The notes beneath the pieces were generated by a model. That model was not told the origin of the DNA, did no database searches, and was given only the letters and a program-made list of their open reading frames with translations. The position numbers and the translations under genes are program-made. A stretch of DNA of 64,000 bases from an uncultured Gemmatimonadales bacterium (GTDB taxonomy: Bacteria > Gemmatimonadota > Gemmatimonadetes > Gemmatimonadales > GWC2-71-9). The stretch's first letter is position 1; the number at the start of each line of letters is the position of its first letter. Below, in pieces: positions 39,711-48,209 of the stretch. The stretch covers positions 1,920,001 through 1,984,000 of the forward strand of contig CAWHFW010000005.1 in assembly GCA_963828735.1 (NCBI GenBank), read 5' to 3'.

Positions 39711-40827
39711 CCGAAGCAGCGAGGGTCCGCACCAGCTCGTCGTTGGTGCGGTTCCGCTTGAGGTCGGTGAGCAGGTCGTTCATGGCGTTGATCGGCGTCA
39801 TGCTCGCGAGGCGCTGTCGGAGCAGGCGGCTCACGGCGAGTGCCTCCTGGGACAGCAGCAGCTCTTCCCGGCGCGTCGCGCTCGCGACCAGGTCGATGGC
39901 CGGATAGATCCGGCGCTCCGCCAGCTCGCGGCTGAGCACGAGCTCGCTGTTGCCGGTGCCCTTGAACTCCTCGAAGATCACCTGATCCATCTTGCTTCCC
40001 GTGTCCACCAGCGCCGTGGCGATGATGGTGAGCGAGCCGCCGCCCTGCGCCTGGTCGATCTTCCGCGCGCTTCCCAGGAACCGCTTGGGCCGCTCCAGGG
40101 ACTGGGCGTCGAGGCCACCCGACAGCGTGCGGCCCGTGCCCTTCTCCACCGTGTTGTAGGCGCGGGCGAGGCGGGTGAGCGAGTCCACGATGATGACCAC
40201 ATCCTCGCCCAGCTCGACGCGCCGGCGCGCGCGCTCGAGCGTGAGCTCGGCGACCGTGACGTGCTGTTGGGCCGGATTGTCGAAGCTCGACGCGATCACC
40301 TCGCCGATTCCCAATGCCTCCATCTCGAAGACTTCCTCGGGACGCTCGTCCACCAGCAGCACGAACAGTGTCGCCTGCGGATAGTTGGCGGCGATGCCCT
40401 CGGCGATGGACTGGAGCACCATCGTCTTCCCCGCCTTGGCCGGCGCCACGATGAGCGCGCGCTGGCCCTTGCCGAACGGCGCGAGGATATCGATGACCCG
40501 GTTGGTGAAGTCGGGCTGGCCCTGGCGGACGAGCCCGCACTCGAGGCGGAGTTGCTCGTTGGGATGGATGGCGCCGAGCCGGCCGAAGTCGGGGCGGCGG
40601 CCGAGATCCGCGGGCGGGCGCCCCAGCACGCTGGTGACGCGCTCGAGGGTGGCGCCGCGCCCCTTCCCGCCGGGGCGGCTGTCGCCGTCGATCTCGTCGC
40701 CGGGCCGAAGCTCGTACTGGCGGATGAGGCGCTCGCCGACGTGGACGTCACCGCGGTCGGCCAGGTAGCCGGCCTCGCGGCGCCGGAGGAAGCCGTTGCG
40801 ACCGACCAGCTCGAGGACGCCGGGCAT
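39706..40827 (-). CDS. rho: Short transcription termination factor Rho lacking the N-terminal helix bundle
   Basis: GKGQRALIVAPAKAGKT, LVDERPEEV, DSLTRLARAYN, GRTLSGG, FEEFKGTGNSEL; 373 aa. Confidence 0.92.
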   Translation of the reverse strand: MPGVLELVGRNGFLRRREAGYLADRGDVHVGERLIRQYELRPGDEIDGDSRPGGKGRGATLERVTSVLGRPPADLGRRPDFGRLGAIHPNEQLRLECGLVRQGQPDFTNRVIDILAPFGKGQRALIVAPAKAGKTMVLQSIAEGIAANYPQATLFVLLVDERPEEVFEMEALGIGEVIASSFDNPAQQHVTVAELTLERARRRVELGEDVVIIVDSLTRLARAYNTVEKGTGRTLSGGLDAQSLERPKRFLGSARKIDQAQGGGSLTIIATALVDTGSKMDQVIFEEFKGTGNSELVLSRELAERRIYPAIDLVASATRREELLLSQEALAVSRLLRQRLASMTPINAMNDLLTDLKRNRTNDELVRTLAASA

Positions 40828-41243
40828 CAGGTGGCGGCAGCCACGGAACGCTTGATACGGAACAGGATCGCGGTGAGTCCTTGCGTGCGGGTCATGCCGA
40901 GCGTCTCGGTCAGGCCGAGCTGCTCGAGCAGGTCGTCGGGAACGCGTGCGACATCGGCGGGCGCGGCGCCGTCGAGGCTCTTCGCCAGGAGCGAGATGAA
41001 GCCACGGACCGTCGGCGACTCCGGCGGGACGTCGGCATGGATCCGCACCTTGCCCTCTTCCACGTCGACCCAGAGGAACACCGGCGTCTGGCACTCGTGC
41101 ACCCGATGCTCGCCGCGCTCCTTCTCGCTCCGGTAGCGCTCCGGGAGCGCAGGCAGCTTGCGCGAGTAGTCGAGCAGGGTCTCCAGGCGCGTGGTGCGAT
41201 CGGCGGCCTTGAACCGCGGGATCAGCGTCTCGAGTGAAGGCAT
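40827..41243 (-). CDS. sufE: SufE-family sulfur acceptor
   Basis: LLDYSRKLP, RVHECQTPVFLW, ESPTVRGF, LGMTRTQGL. Confidence 0.88.
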   Translation of the reverse strand: MPSLETLIPRFKAADRTTRLETLLDYSRKLPALPERYRSEKERGEHRVHECQTPVFLWVDVEEGKVRIHADVPPESPTVRGFISLLAKSLDGAAPADVARVPDDLLEQLGLTETLGMTRTQGLTAILFRIKRSVAAAT

Positions 41244-41409
41244 GCAGGAAAACTGCCACGATCCGGCATCGGAAGATACCCCTCGCGCCGGCCCAAGCGT
41301 CCCGAGCCCGGCGCGGGCGGCGCGAGATCCGGCGTCGAGCCCGGGCGAACCGAGCTCCATCATGTCGCCCGGCTTCGGGCGCCGCCGGCGTTGACGTTCG
41401 CCCCGCCGC

Positions 41410-41584
41410 TTGACGGGCGGCCCATCCCGCCTGTATAAATATGCATGGTCACGCCGCCCGCCCAAGCGCTCCCGCTCTGCATTACTCCGCACCGGAGTCC
41501 GAGAGGCGGCGCGGCGGCACGCGGGTAGAGCACTCCCAGCCATGCAGCGACAGCGGCCTCTCCCCGGAGAGGCCGTTTCTTTTT
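41410..41584 (+). promoter_or_regulatory. Promoter, leader ORF (41445-41528) and terminator/antiterminator attenuator upstream of cimA
   Basis: TTGACG-N18-TATAAA; terminator GCGGCCTCTC-cccg-GAGAGGCCGT-TTCTTTTT; competing GAGAGGCGGC at 41501-41510. Confidence 0.7.
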
Positions 41585-41598
41585 CCATCGGAGCTCCG

Positions 41599-43182
41599 AT
41601 GACGCTTCGGCTCTACGACACCACCCTGCGGGACGGCACCCAGCGCGAGGGGCTGTCGCTGTCCGTCGAGGACAAGGTCAAGATCGCCCGCGCGCTCGAC
41701 CGCCTCGGCGTGAGCTACATCGAGGGCGGCTGGCCGGGGTCGAATCCCAAGGACGCCGAGTTCTTCCGCCGCATCCGGGAGGTGGCCCTGGAGCACGCGA
41801 GGATCGCGGCGTTCGGGAGCACCCGGAGAGCGCGTGTGCGCTGCGAGGACGACGCCAACCTCGTCGCCCTCCTGGAGGCCGGCACCCCGGTCGTGACCCT
41901 GGTGGGCAAGAGCTCGACGCTGCACGTGGAGCGGATCCTCGAGACCACCCGCGACGAAAACCTGCGGATGATCGGCGAGAGCGTCGCGTTCCTCAAGGGC
42001 CAGGGCCGCGAGGTGGTGTACGACGCGGAGCACTTCTTCGACGGGCACCGCCTGGATGCCGCCTATGCCCTCGACACGCTGGCCGCCGCCGCCGAAGCCG
42101 GCGCCGACTGGCTGGTGCTGTGCGACACCAACGGCGGCGAGCTGCCCGATGTGGTGGGCGAGCGCCTGTCCGAGGTGCGGGAGCGTTTCCCTACGGCCGT
42201 CGGCATCCACCCGCACAACGACGCGGGGCTCGCGGTGGCCAACGGTCTCGCCGCGGTGCGGGCTGGCTGCCTGCAGGTGCAGGGCACGATCAACGGGTAT
42301 GGCGAGCGCTGCGGGAACCTGGATCTCGTCCCACTGGTCGCAACGCTCGAGCTCAAGCTCGGCGTGCATGTGTTGCCCGGCGACCGGCTGCGCCGGCTCA
42401 CCGACGTCAGCCAGTTCGTGGCCGCGGTGGCCAACCAGCATCCCGATCCGCACGCGCCGTACGTCGGCCGGAGCGCCTTTGCCCACAAGGGCGGCATCCA
42501 CGTCGCCGCCGTCGCGAAGCTGGCGGAGAGCTATCAGCACGTGGATCCCGCGGCGGTCGGCAACCAGACGCGGGTGGTGGTGAGCGAGGTGGCCGGCCGC
42601 CGCACCGTCCGGCTCCGCGCCGAGGCGCTCGGCGTGGCAGTGGGGGAGACCGAGGGCGCCGTGCTGCAGCGGATCAAGGAGCTCGAGCACCAGGGCTTTC
42701 AGTTCGAGGCGGCCGAAGGCTCCTTCGAGATGCTGCTGCGGCGGGCATCGACGACGTATCGCGCGCCGTTTGAGCTGGAGGACTTCACCGTCATGGTGGA
42801 GAAGCGGGGCGGGGGCGGGAGCCGATCGCAGGCCACCGTGCGGATCAAGGTGGCCGGCGAGGTCATGCTCACGGCGGCCGACGGCGACGGGCCGGTCAAC
42901 GCGCTGGACCGCGCGGTGCGGAAGGCGCTGCTCCCGCACTATCCCGCGCTCGCGGACGTGCAGCTGGTGGACTACAAGGTACGCATTGTGGACGAGCACC
43001 TGGGCACGGCCGCGCGCCCCCGGGTCATCATCGAATCCGCCCGCGGGGCGGAGCGCTGGAGTACTGTGGGGTGCTCGGAGAACATCATCGAGGCGAGCTG
43101 GCTGGCGTTGTGCGACGGGCTGGAGTTGCCGCTGCTGCGCGACGCCGAGCGAGCGGCCGAGGCCGAGGCGGGAGCGGCCTAG
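41599..43182 (+). CDS. cimA: Citramalate synthase
   Basis: YDTTLRDGTQREG, GGWPGSNPKD, YDAEHFFDG, LCDTNGG, HPHND, AFAHKGGIHV, DYKVRI. Confidence 0.9.
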   Translation: MTLRLYDTTLRDGTQREGLSLSVEDKVKIARALDRLGVSYIEGGWPGSNPKDAEFFRRIREVALEHARIAAFGSTRRARVRCEDDANLVALLEAGTPVVTLVGKSSTLHVERILETTRDENLRMIGESVAFLKGQGREVVYDAEHFFDGHRLDAAYALDTLAAAAEAGADWLVLCDTNGGELPDVVGERLSEVRERFPTAVGIHPHNDAGLAVANGLAAVRAGCLQVQGTINGYGERCGNLDLVPLVATLELKLGVHVLPGDRLRRLTDVSQFVAAVANQHPDPHAPYVGRSAFAHKGGIHVAAVAKLAESYQHVDPAAVGNQTRVVVSEVAGRRTVRLRAEALGVAVGETEGAVLQRIKELEHQGFQFEAAEGSFEMLLRRASTTYRAPFELEDFTVMVEKRGGGGSRSQATVRIKVAGEVMLTAADGDGPVNALDRAVRKALLPHYPALADVQLVDYKVRIVDEHLGTAARPRVIIESARGAERWSTVGCSENIIEASWLALCDGLELPLLRDAERAAEAEAGAA

Positions 43183-44240
43183 CGTCGCGCGGCCGCGGTC
43201 TCGGCCTCGAGCAGGTCGCGCTTGCGCTCGATGCCCCAGCGATACCCGCCGAGGCCGCCGTCTTCACGCACGACCCGGTGGCAGGGGATCACCACCGCCA
43301 GCTTGTTGCTCGCGCACGCGCGGGCCACGGCGCGCACGGCCGTCGGCCGGCCGAGCTCCCGCGCGATCTCGGCGTACGACCGCGTCGCGCCGCGGGGAAT
43401 CCGCTGGAGCGCTTCCCACACGAGCCATTGGAAGGCGGTTCCCCGCACGTCGAGCGGCACCCGCTCCGCCTCGTCGCCTGCGAGGCGCGCCACCACCGCG
43501 CCCGCCCATCCGCGCAGCTCGTCGTCGGCCCGGCTGATCTCCGCCGCCGGAAACTCCCGACGAAGCCCGGCCTCGAGCGCCTGGACGCCGTCGCCGAGGG
43601 TGACCGAGCAGAGGCCCTCGTCGGTGGCGGCCACCAGCGCCGTGCCGAGCGCCGTGCTCACGGTCGTATAGCGGATCCGCACGCCGCGCCCGCCCCGCTG
43701 ATAGGAGCCGGGCGTCATGCCGAGCCGGCGCCGTCCCTGGTCGTATGCGCGGCTGGGCGAGGAATAGCCGGCATCGTACGTCGCGCGCGAGACGGAGTCG
43801 CCCTGTTTGAGCCGCGACTTCATTCGATCCATCCGCCGTGCCCCGGTATAGGCCCGCGGCGACATGCCCGTCAGGCGCTTGAACGTTCGCTGGAGGTGAT
43901 ACGGACTGAGTCCGACCGCCTGGCCCAGCCGCTCCAGTGTGACCGTCTCGTCCAGGTGACGGTCGAGGTACCGCTGGGCCTCGCGCACCCGCCGGACCGC
44001 CTCGGTCTCGCTCTCCTTCGGGTGGCACCGGCGGCACGCCCGAAAGCCCTGCGCCTCCGCGGCGTCCGGGGTCGCGAAGAAGCTGACGTGGCGACGGTGC
44101 GGGCGCCTCGAGGGACAGGACGGCCGGCAGTAGATCCGGGTGGATGCGACCGCGTATACGAAGCGCCCATCCGCGGATGCGTCGCGATCCAGGACCGCGG
44201 CCCAGCGTCCGGCGTCGGCCGGAGAAGCATCGAGAATCAT
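43179..44240 (-). CDS. ada: Bifunctional Ada regulator / O6-methylguanine methyltransferase
   Basis: IYCRPSC...FRACRRC Zn site, AraC HTH, IPCHRV active site. Confidence 0.95.
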   Translation of the reverse strand: MILDASPADAGRWAAVLDRDASADGRFVYAVASTRIYCRPSCPSRRPHRRHVSFFATPDAAEAQGFRACRRCHPKESETEAVRRVREAQRYLDRHLDETVTLERLGQAVGLSPYHLQRTFKRLTGMSPRAYTGARRMDRMKSRLKQGDSVSRATYDAGYSSPSRAYDQGRRRLGMTPGSYQRGGRGVRIRYTTVSTALGTALVAATDEGLCSVTLGDGVQALEAGLRREFPAAEISRADDELRGWAGAVVARLAGDEAERVPLDVRGTAFQWLVWEALQRIPRGATRSYAEIARELGRPTAVRAVARACASNKLAVVIPCHRVVREDGGLGGYRWGIERKRDLLEAETAAARR

Positions 44241-44431
44241 GGCAGGGATGGTAGCATCCAGCGCCGCCGCCGGCCACTCGGATCTTGCGGTCAAACCCAG
44301 GGGGAAACCGGCGGGCCCACAGGGACGTTTTGGAGCGGGGGACGGTAGGGCAGGCCGGCTCCCGGGGCGATAGCGGGGCCCTCATTTTGGCGGAAGATTG
44401 GACCCTGGCCGGGTCTCGCGGTGCCCCGGCG

Positions 44432-44460
44432 GGAACCTCACCCGAGGGTCTCGTCGTTAC
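44432..44460 (+). promoter_or_regulatory. Candidate ECF promoter of the reductase-egt operon
   Basis: GGAAC at 44432-44436, N19 spacer, GTTAC at 44456-44460 (also reads as N16-GTC). Confidence 0.45.
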
Positions 44461-44503
44461 ACCCCCAGTCCCAGGAGCATTTCACCCCAAAGACATCCGG
44501 TCC

Positions 44504-45886
44504 ATGAGCACTACCGAACGGTACGATGCCATCGTCATCGGCGCAGGCCAGGCCGGGGGTCCTCTCGCCTCCGCGCTGGCCCGAAGCGGGAAGCGGACGG
44601 CGTTGATCGAGCGCGAGCACGTCGGCGGCACCTGCATCAACGAAGGGTGTACGCCCACCAAGACCATGGTGGCGAGTGCGCGGGTGGCCTACCTCGCCCG
44701 CCGTGGTGCGGACTACGGGGTCGAGACCGGTCCCATCGCGGTCGACATGACCCGGATCCGAGAACGCAAGCGCTCCATCGTGAAGAGCTTCCGGGCCGGC
44801 AGCCTGCGCCGGATCGAAGCGGCGGCTCCCGGCGTGGAGCTGATCTGCGCCGAGGCCCGGTTCACCGGCCCGCGCCAGGTGGCCGTCGAGGGGCGCCGGC
44901 TGGAAGCGGACCTCGTGTTCATCAACACCGGCGGTCGCCCGGCGGCGCCGGACGTCGAAGGGCTGGACCGCGTGCCATCGCTCGACTCGACCTCGATCAT
45001 GGAGCTCGATCGGGTGCCCGAGCACCTCATCGTGCTGGGCGGCGGCTACATCGGGCTCGAGTTCGGGCAGATGTTCCGCCGATTCGGGAGCCGGGTGACG
45101 GTGGTGCAGCGGGGGCGTCAGCTCCTGCCGCTGGAAGACGAGGACGTCGCGGAGGCGGTGCTGGGCATCCTGCGCGAGGACGGGATCGAAGTTCTCCTGG
45201 AGAGCCAGGCGGTCCGGGCGTCCATGGAGGGGCCGGGCGGCGTTCGGCTTACGGTCCGGACGGCCGGAGGCGATACGGATGTGCTGGGCTCACATGTGCT
45301 TCGCGCGGCCGGTCGGGTGCCGAATACCGAACGGCTGGACCTCGCGTCGGCCGGTATCGCCACCGATGGCAAGGGCTTCATCACCGTCAACGACCGCCTC
45401 GAGACCAGCGCGTCAGGGGTCTATGCCCTGGGCGACGTCAAGGGCGGCCCCGCCTTCACCCACATCTCGTATGACGACTTCAGGGTCATCCGTACCAACC
45501 TGTTACAGAACGGGCGTGCGTGCATCACAGACCGCCTCGTTCCTTACACCGTATTCATCGACCCGCAGCTGGGTCGAATCGGACTGTCGGAGCGTGAAGC
45601 GCGGCGCCTCGGGCGCCCCGTCAAGGTGGCGCGGATGCCGATGACGCACGTGGCGCGCGCGCTGGAGCTCGACGAATCGCGCGGGTTCATGAAGGCGTTG
45701 GTGGACCCGGCCACGGGCCAGATCCTGGGCGCGGCGATTCTCGGAATCGAGGGCGGCGAACTGATGGCCATGATACAACTCGCCATGATGGGACAGGTGC
45801 CCTACGCGCGGCTGCGGGACGCGGTCTTCGCCCACCCGACGCTGGCCGAATCCTTCAACAACCTCTTTGCCACGCTCGACGCCTGA
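44504..45886 (+). CDS. Class I pyridine nucleotide-disulfide oxidoreductase (RclA/YkgC/MerA-like, no C-terminal CC)
   Basis: [50 protein letters not shown]. Confidence 0.9.
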   Translation: MSTTERYDAIVIGAGQAGGPLASALARSGKRTALIEREHVGGTCINEGCTPTKTMVASARVAYLARRGADYGVETGPIAVDMTRIRERKRSIVKSFRAGSLRRIEAAAPGVELICAEARFTGPRQVAVEGRRLEADLVFINTGGRPAAPDVEGLDRVPSLDSTSIMELDRVPEHLIVLGGGYIGLEFGQMFRRFGSRVTVVQRGRQLLPLEDEDVAEAVLGILREDGIEVLLESQAVRASMEGPGGVRLTVRTAGGDTDVLGSHVLRAAGRVPNTERLDLASAGIATDGKGFITVNDRLETSASGVYALGDVKGGPAFTHISYDDFRVIRTNLLQNGRACITDRLVPYTVFIDPQLGRIGLSEREARRLGRPVKVARMPMTHVARALELDESRGFMKALVDPATGQILGAAILGIEGGELMAMIQLAMMGQVPYARLRDAVFAHPTLAESFNNLFATLDA

Positions 45887-45910
45887 CGGCGTCGACGCCT
45901 GGGGGTCCGC

Positions 45911-47239
45911 ATGACGGTGGCCACCGCACCGAGCCGTGTCGCTCCCGATACCATCGCCGATCAGCTGCTCGAAGCCCGGGCGCGCACCCTGCTGCTGGTG
46001 GCGCCGCTGAGCGACGAGGACCTGCACGCGCAGCACGATCCGCTCATGAGTCCCATCCTGTGGGACCTGGGGCACATCGCGCATTTCGAGGAGCTGTGGC
46101 TCACCCGCAACCTCGACGGGCCGATCGAATTCGTCGAGATGCCGGGCCTGTACAACCCGTTCGAGCATCCCCGGAGCACGCGCGGCGCGCTGGCGCTCCC
46201 GGGGCTCGCGGAGTGTCGCGAAATCATGGACGAAATTCGCGGGCGCGTGCTGGCCCGCCTGGTCTCCGCCGACCTCGACCCCGCCCACCCGCTGCTCCGC
46301 GACGGCTTCGTATACCAGATGGTTCTCCAGCACGAATATCAGCACAACGAAACGATCCTTCAGACCCTTCAGCTCAAGCACGGCACGCCGTATACGCCGC
46401 TCGTGCGCCTGGCGCCCGCCGACGGGGCCGCGCCACGCCTGCCCGCCCGACCGGGCGAGATGGTGGGGTTCCCCGGCGGCCCGGTGGAGCTCGGCACCGA
46501 CGATCGCACGGCGGCATACGACAACGAGCGGCCGGCTCACCGCGTGGATGTCGCGCCGTTCTGGATCGACGCCCATCCGGTCACCAACCAGGACTACCTC
46601 GTCTTCATCGGCGCCGGTGGGTACGAGACACCCGAGTACTGGTCCGAGGCCGGCTGGCGCTGGCGGACGGAGTCCGCCGTGAGCGCCCCGAAGTACTGGC
46701 TCTACGCCGGCGGCACCTGGACCACGCGGAGCATGGATCGCCGCGGCTCCGTGGAGCCCTGGCACCCGGTGAGCCACGTCTCGTGGTACGAAGCGGAGGC
46801 GTACGCGCGGTTCGCGGGCAAGCGGCTGCCGACGGAGATCGAGTGGGAGGCCGCGGCGTCGTGGGATCCCGGCACGGGCGCCAAGCGCGCGTTCCCGTGG
46901 GGAGACGCGCCCGCCGACCGCCTGCTCGCCAACGTGGACCAGCTCGCGTTCGGCACGGCGCCGATCGGGAGCTATGCCAGAAACGTGTCGCCCATCGGCT
47001 GTCACGGGATGATCGGCGACGTGTGGGAGTGGACGGCGAGCGACTTCGGGCCCTGGCCCGGCTTCGAGAGCTTTCCCTACAAGGAGTACTCCGAGGTCTT
47101 CTTCGGCACCGACTACAAGGTCCTGCGCGGGGGCTCGTGGGCCACGCGACCGGGCGCGATCCGCAACACGTTCCGTAACTGGGATTACCCCATCCGCCGC
47201 CAGATCTTCAGCGGCTTCAGGTGCGCCCGCGATGCCTAA
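45911..47239 (+). CDS. egtB: Ergothioneine sulfoxide synthase
   Basis: WDLGHIAHFEELW, QHEYQHNET, FGE-sulfatase domain, FRNWDYPIRRQIFSGFR. Confidence 0.92.
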   Translation: MTVATAPSRVAPDTIADQLLEARARTLLLVAPLSDEDLHAQHDPLMSPILWDLGHIAHFEELWLTRNLDGPIEFVEMPGLYNPFEHPRSTRGALALPGLAECREIMDEIRGRVLARLVSADLDPAHPLLRDGFVYQMVLQHEYQHNETILQTLQLKHGTPYTPLVRLAPADGAAPRLPARPGEMVGFPGGPVELGTDDRTAAYDNERPAHRVDVAPFWIDAHPVTNQDYLVFIGAGGYETPEYWSEAGWRWRTESAVSAPKYWLYAGGTWTTRSMDRRGSVEPWHPVSHVSWYEAEAYARFAGKRLPTEIEWEAAASWDPGTGAKRAFPWGDAPADRLLANVDQLAFGTAPIGSYARNVSPIGCHGMIGDVWEWTASDFGPWPGFESFPYKEYSEVFFGTDYKVLRGGSWATRPGAIRNTFRNWDYPIRRQIFSGFRCARDA

Positions 47240-48209
47240 CCTTGCCAGAACCCGCCCGATGCGCCCGGTCGAGCGCGTGGCGAACCCCGGCATGCTTGCC
47301 GAGGTGGCCGCCGGATTGTCGGCGCCCCAGAAGGAGCTGTCGCCCAAGTATTTCTACGATCAGCGGGGGTCCGAGCTGTTCGAGGCCATCACTCGCCTGC
47401 CCGAGTACTACCCGACGCGCACCGAGCGCGCGCTGCTGGCCAGCTGGATGCCCGAGCTGATGGCGCAGCTCGGGACGCGCACCCTGATCGAGCTGGGTGC
47501 CGGCAGTGCGGAGAAGAGCCGGATCATCCTCGACGCCATGCGCGGGACCGGGCTGGCGGAGCTCTACGTGCCCATCGACGTGAGCGCCACCTTCCTGAGC
47601 CAGACCGCGGCGCGGCTCCGCCGCGAGTATCCGGGGCTCACCGTCGAGCCGGCGGTCGCGGACATCGCGATCGAGCTGAACCTCCCCCGGCGCATTCCGC
47701 GCCCCGCGATGTTCGCCTTTCTCGGCAGCACGATCGGCAACTTCTATCCTCCGGCGGCCATTCGCCTGCTCGCCCGGGTGCGCGCCGCGATGGAGCCGGG
47801 CGACCGCTTCCTCCTCGGCGTGGACCTGCGGAAGGACATCGCCCGGGTCGAGGCGGCGTACAACGACAGCCAGGGCGTCACGGCCGCGTTCAACCGCAAC
47901 ATGCTGCTCGTGCTCAACCACGAGCTGGGCGCCGACTTCGATCCGGACGCGTTCGAGCACCGCGCGTTCTACGACACGGTGGCCAACCGCATCGAGATGC
48001 ACCTGGTCTCGACGCGCGACCAGGTGGTCACCATCCCCGGCCTCGAGCCCGTCCGGCTCGGCATGGGCGAATCCATCCGCACCGAGATCAGCACCAAGTA
48101 CGACCGCGACAGCGTATCCGCGCTGTTCGCCGCGGCCGATCTGCGCATCGAGGCCTGGCCCCGGGACCCCGCGACGCCGTTCGGACTGGTGCTCGGAGCG
48201 CGCGCATGA
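47232..48209 (+). CDS. egtD: L-histidine N-alpha-methyltransferase
   Basis: PKYFYDQRGSELFEAITRLPEYYPTRTE, ELGAG, FLGSTIGNF, AYNDSQGVTAAFN, TEISTKY. Confidence 0.95.
   Translation: MPNLARTRPMRPVERVANPGMLAEVAAGLSAPQKELSPKYFYDQRGSELFEAITRLPEYYPTRTERALLASWMPELMAQLGTRTLIELGAGSAEKSRIILDAMRGTGLAELYVPIDVSATFLSQTAARLRREYPGLTVEPAVADIAIELNLPRRIPRPAMFAFLGSTIGNFYPPAAIRLLARVRAAMEPGDRFLLGVDLRKDIARVEAAYNDSQGVTAAFNRNMLLVLNHELGADFDPDAFEHRAFYDTVANRIEMHLVSTRDQVVTIPGLEPVRLGMGESIRTEISTKYDRDSVSALFAAADLRIEAWPRDPATPFGLVLGARA

Noticed and set aside
44504..45886. Mercuric reductase merA
   Set aside because: No N-terminal HMA domain, no C-terminal Cys-Cys pair and no mer operon
45911..47239. Selenoneine (senA) or ovothiol (ovoA) synthase
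   Set aside because: No senB or selD neighbour and no C-terminal methyltransferase; motifs and egtD/egtA context fit EgtB
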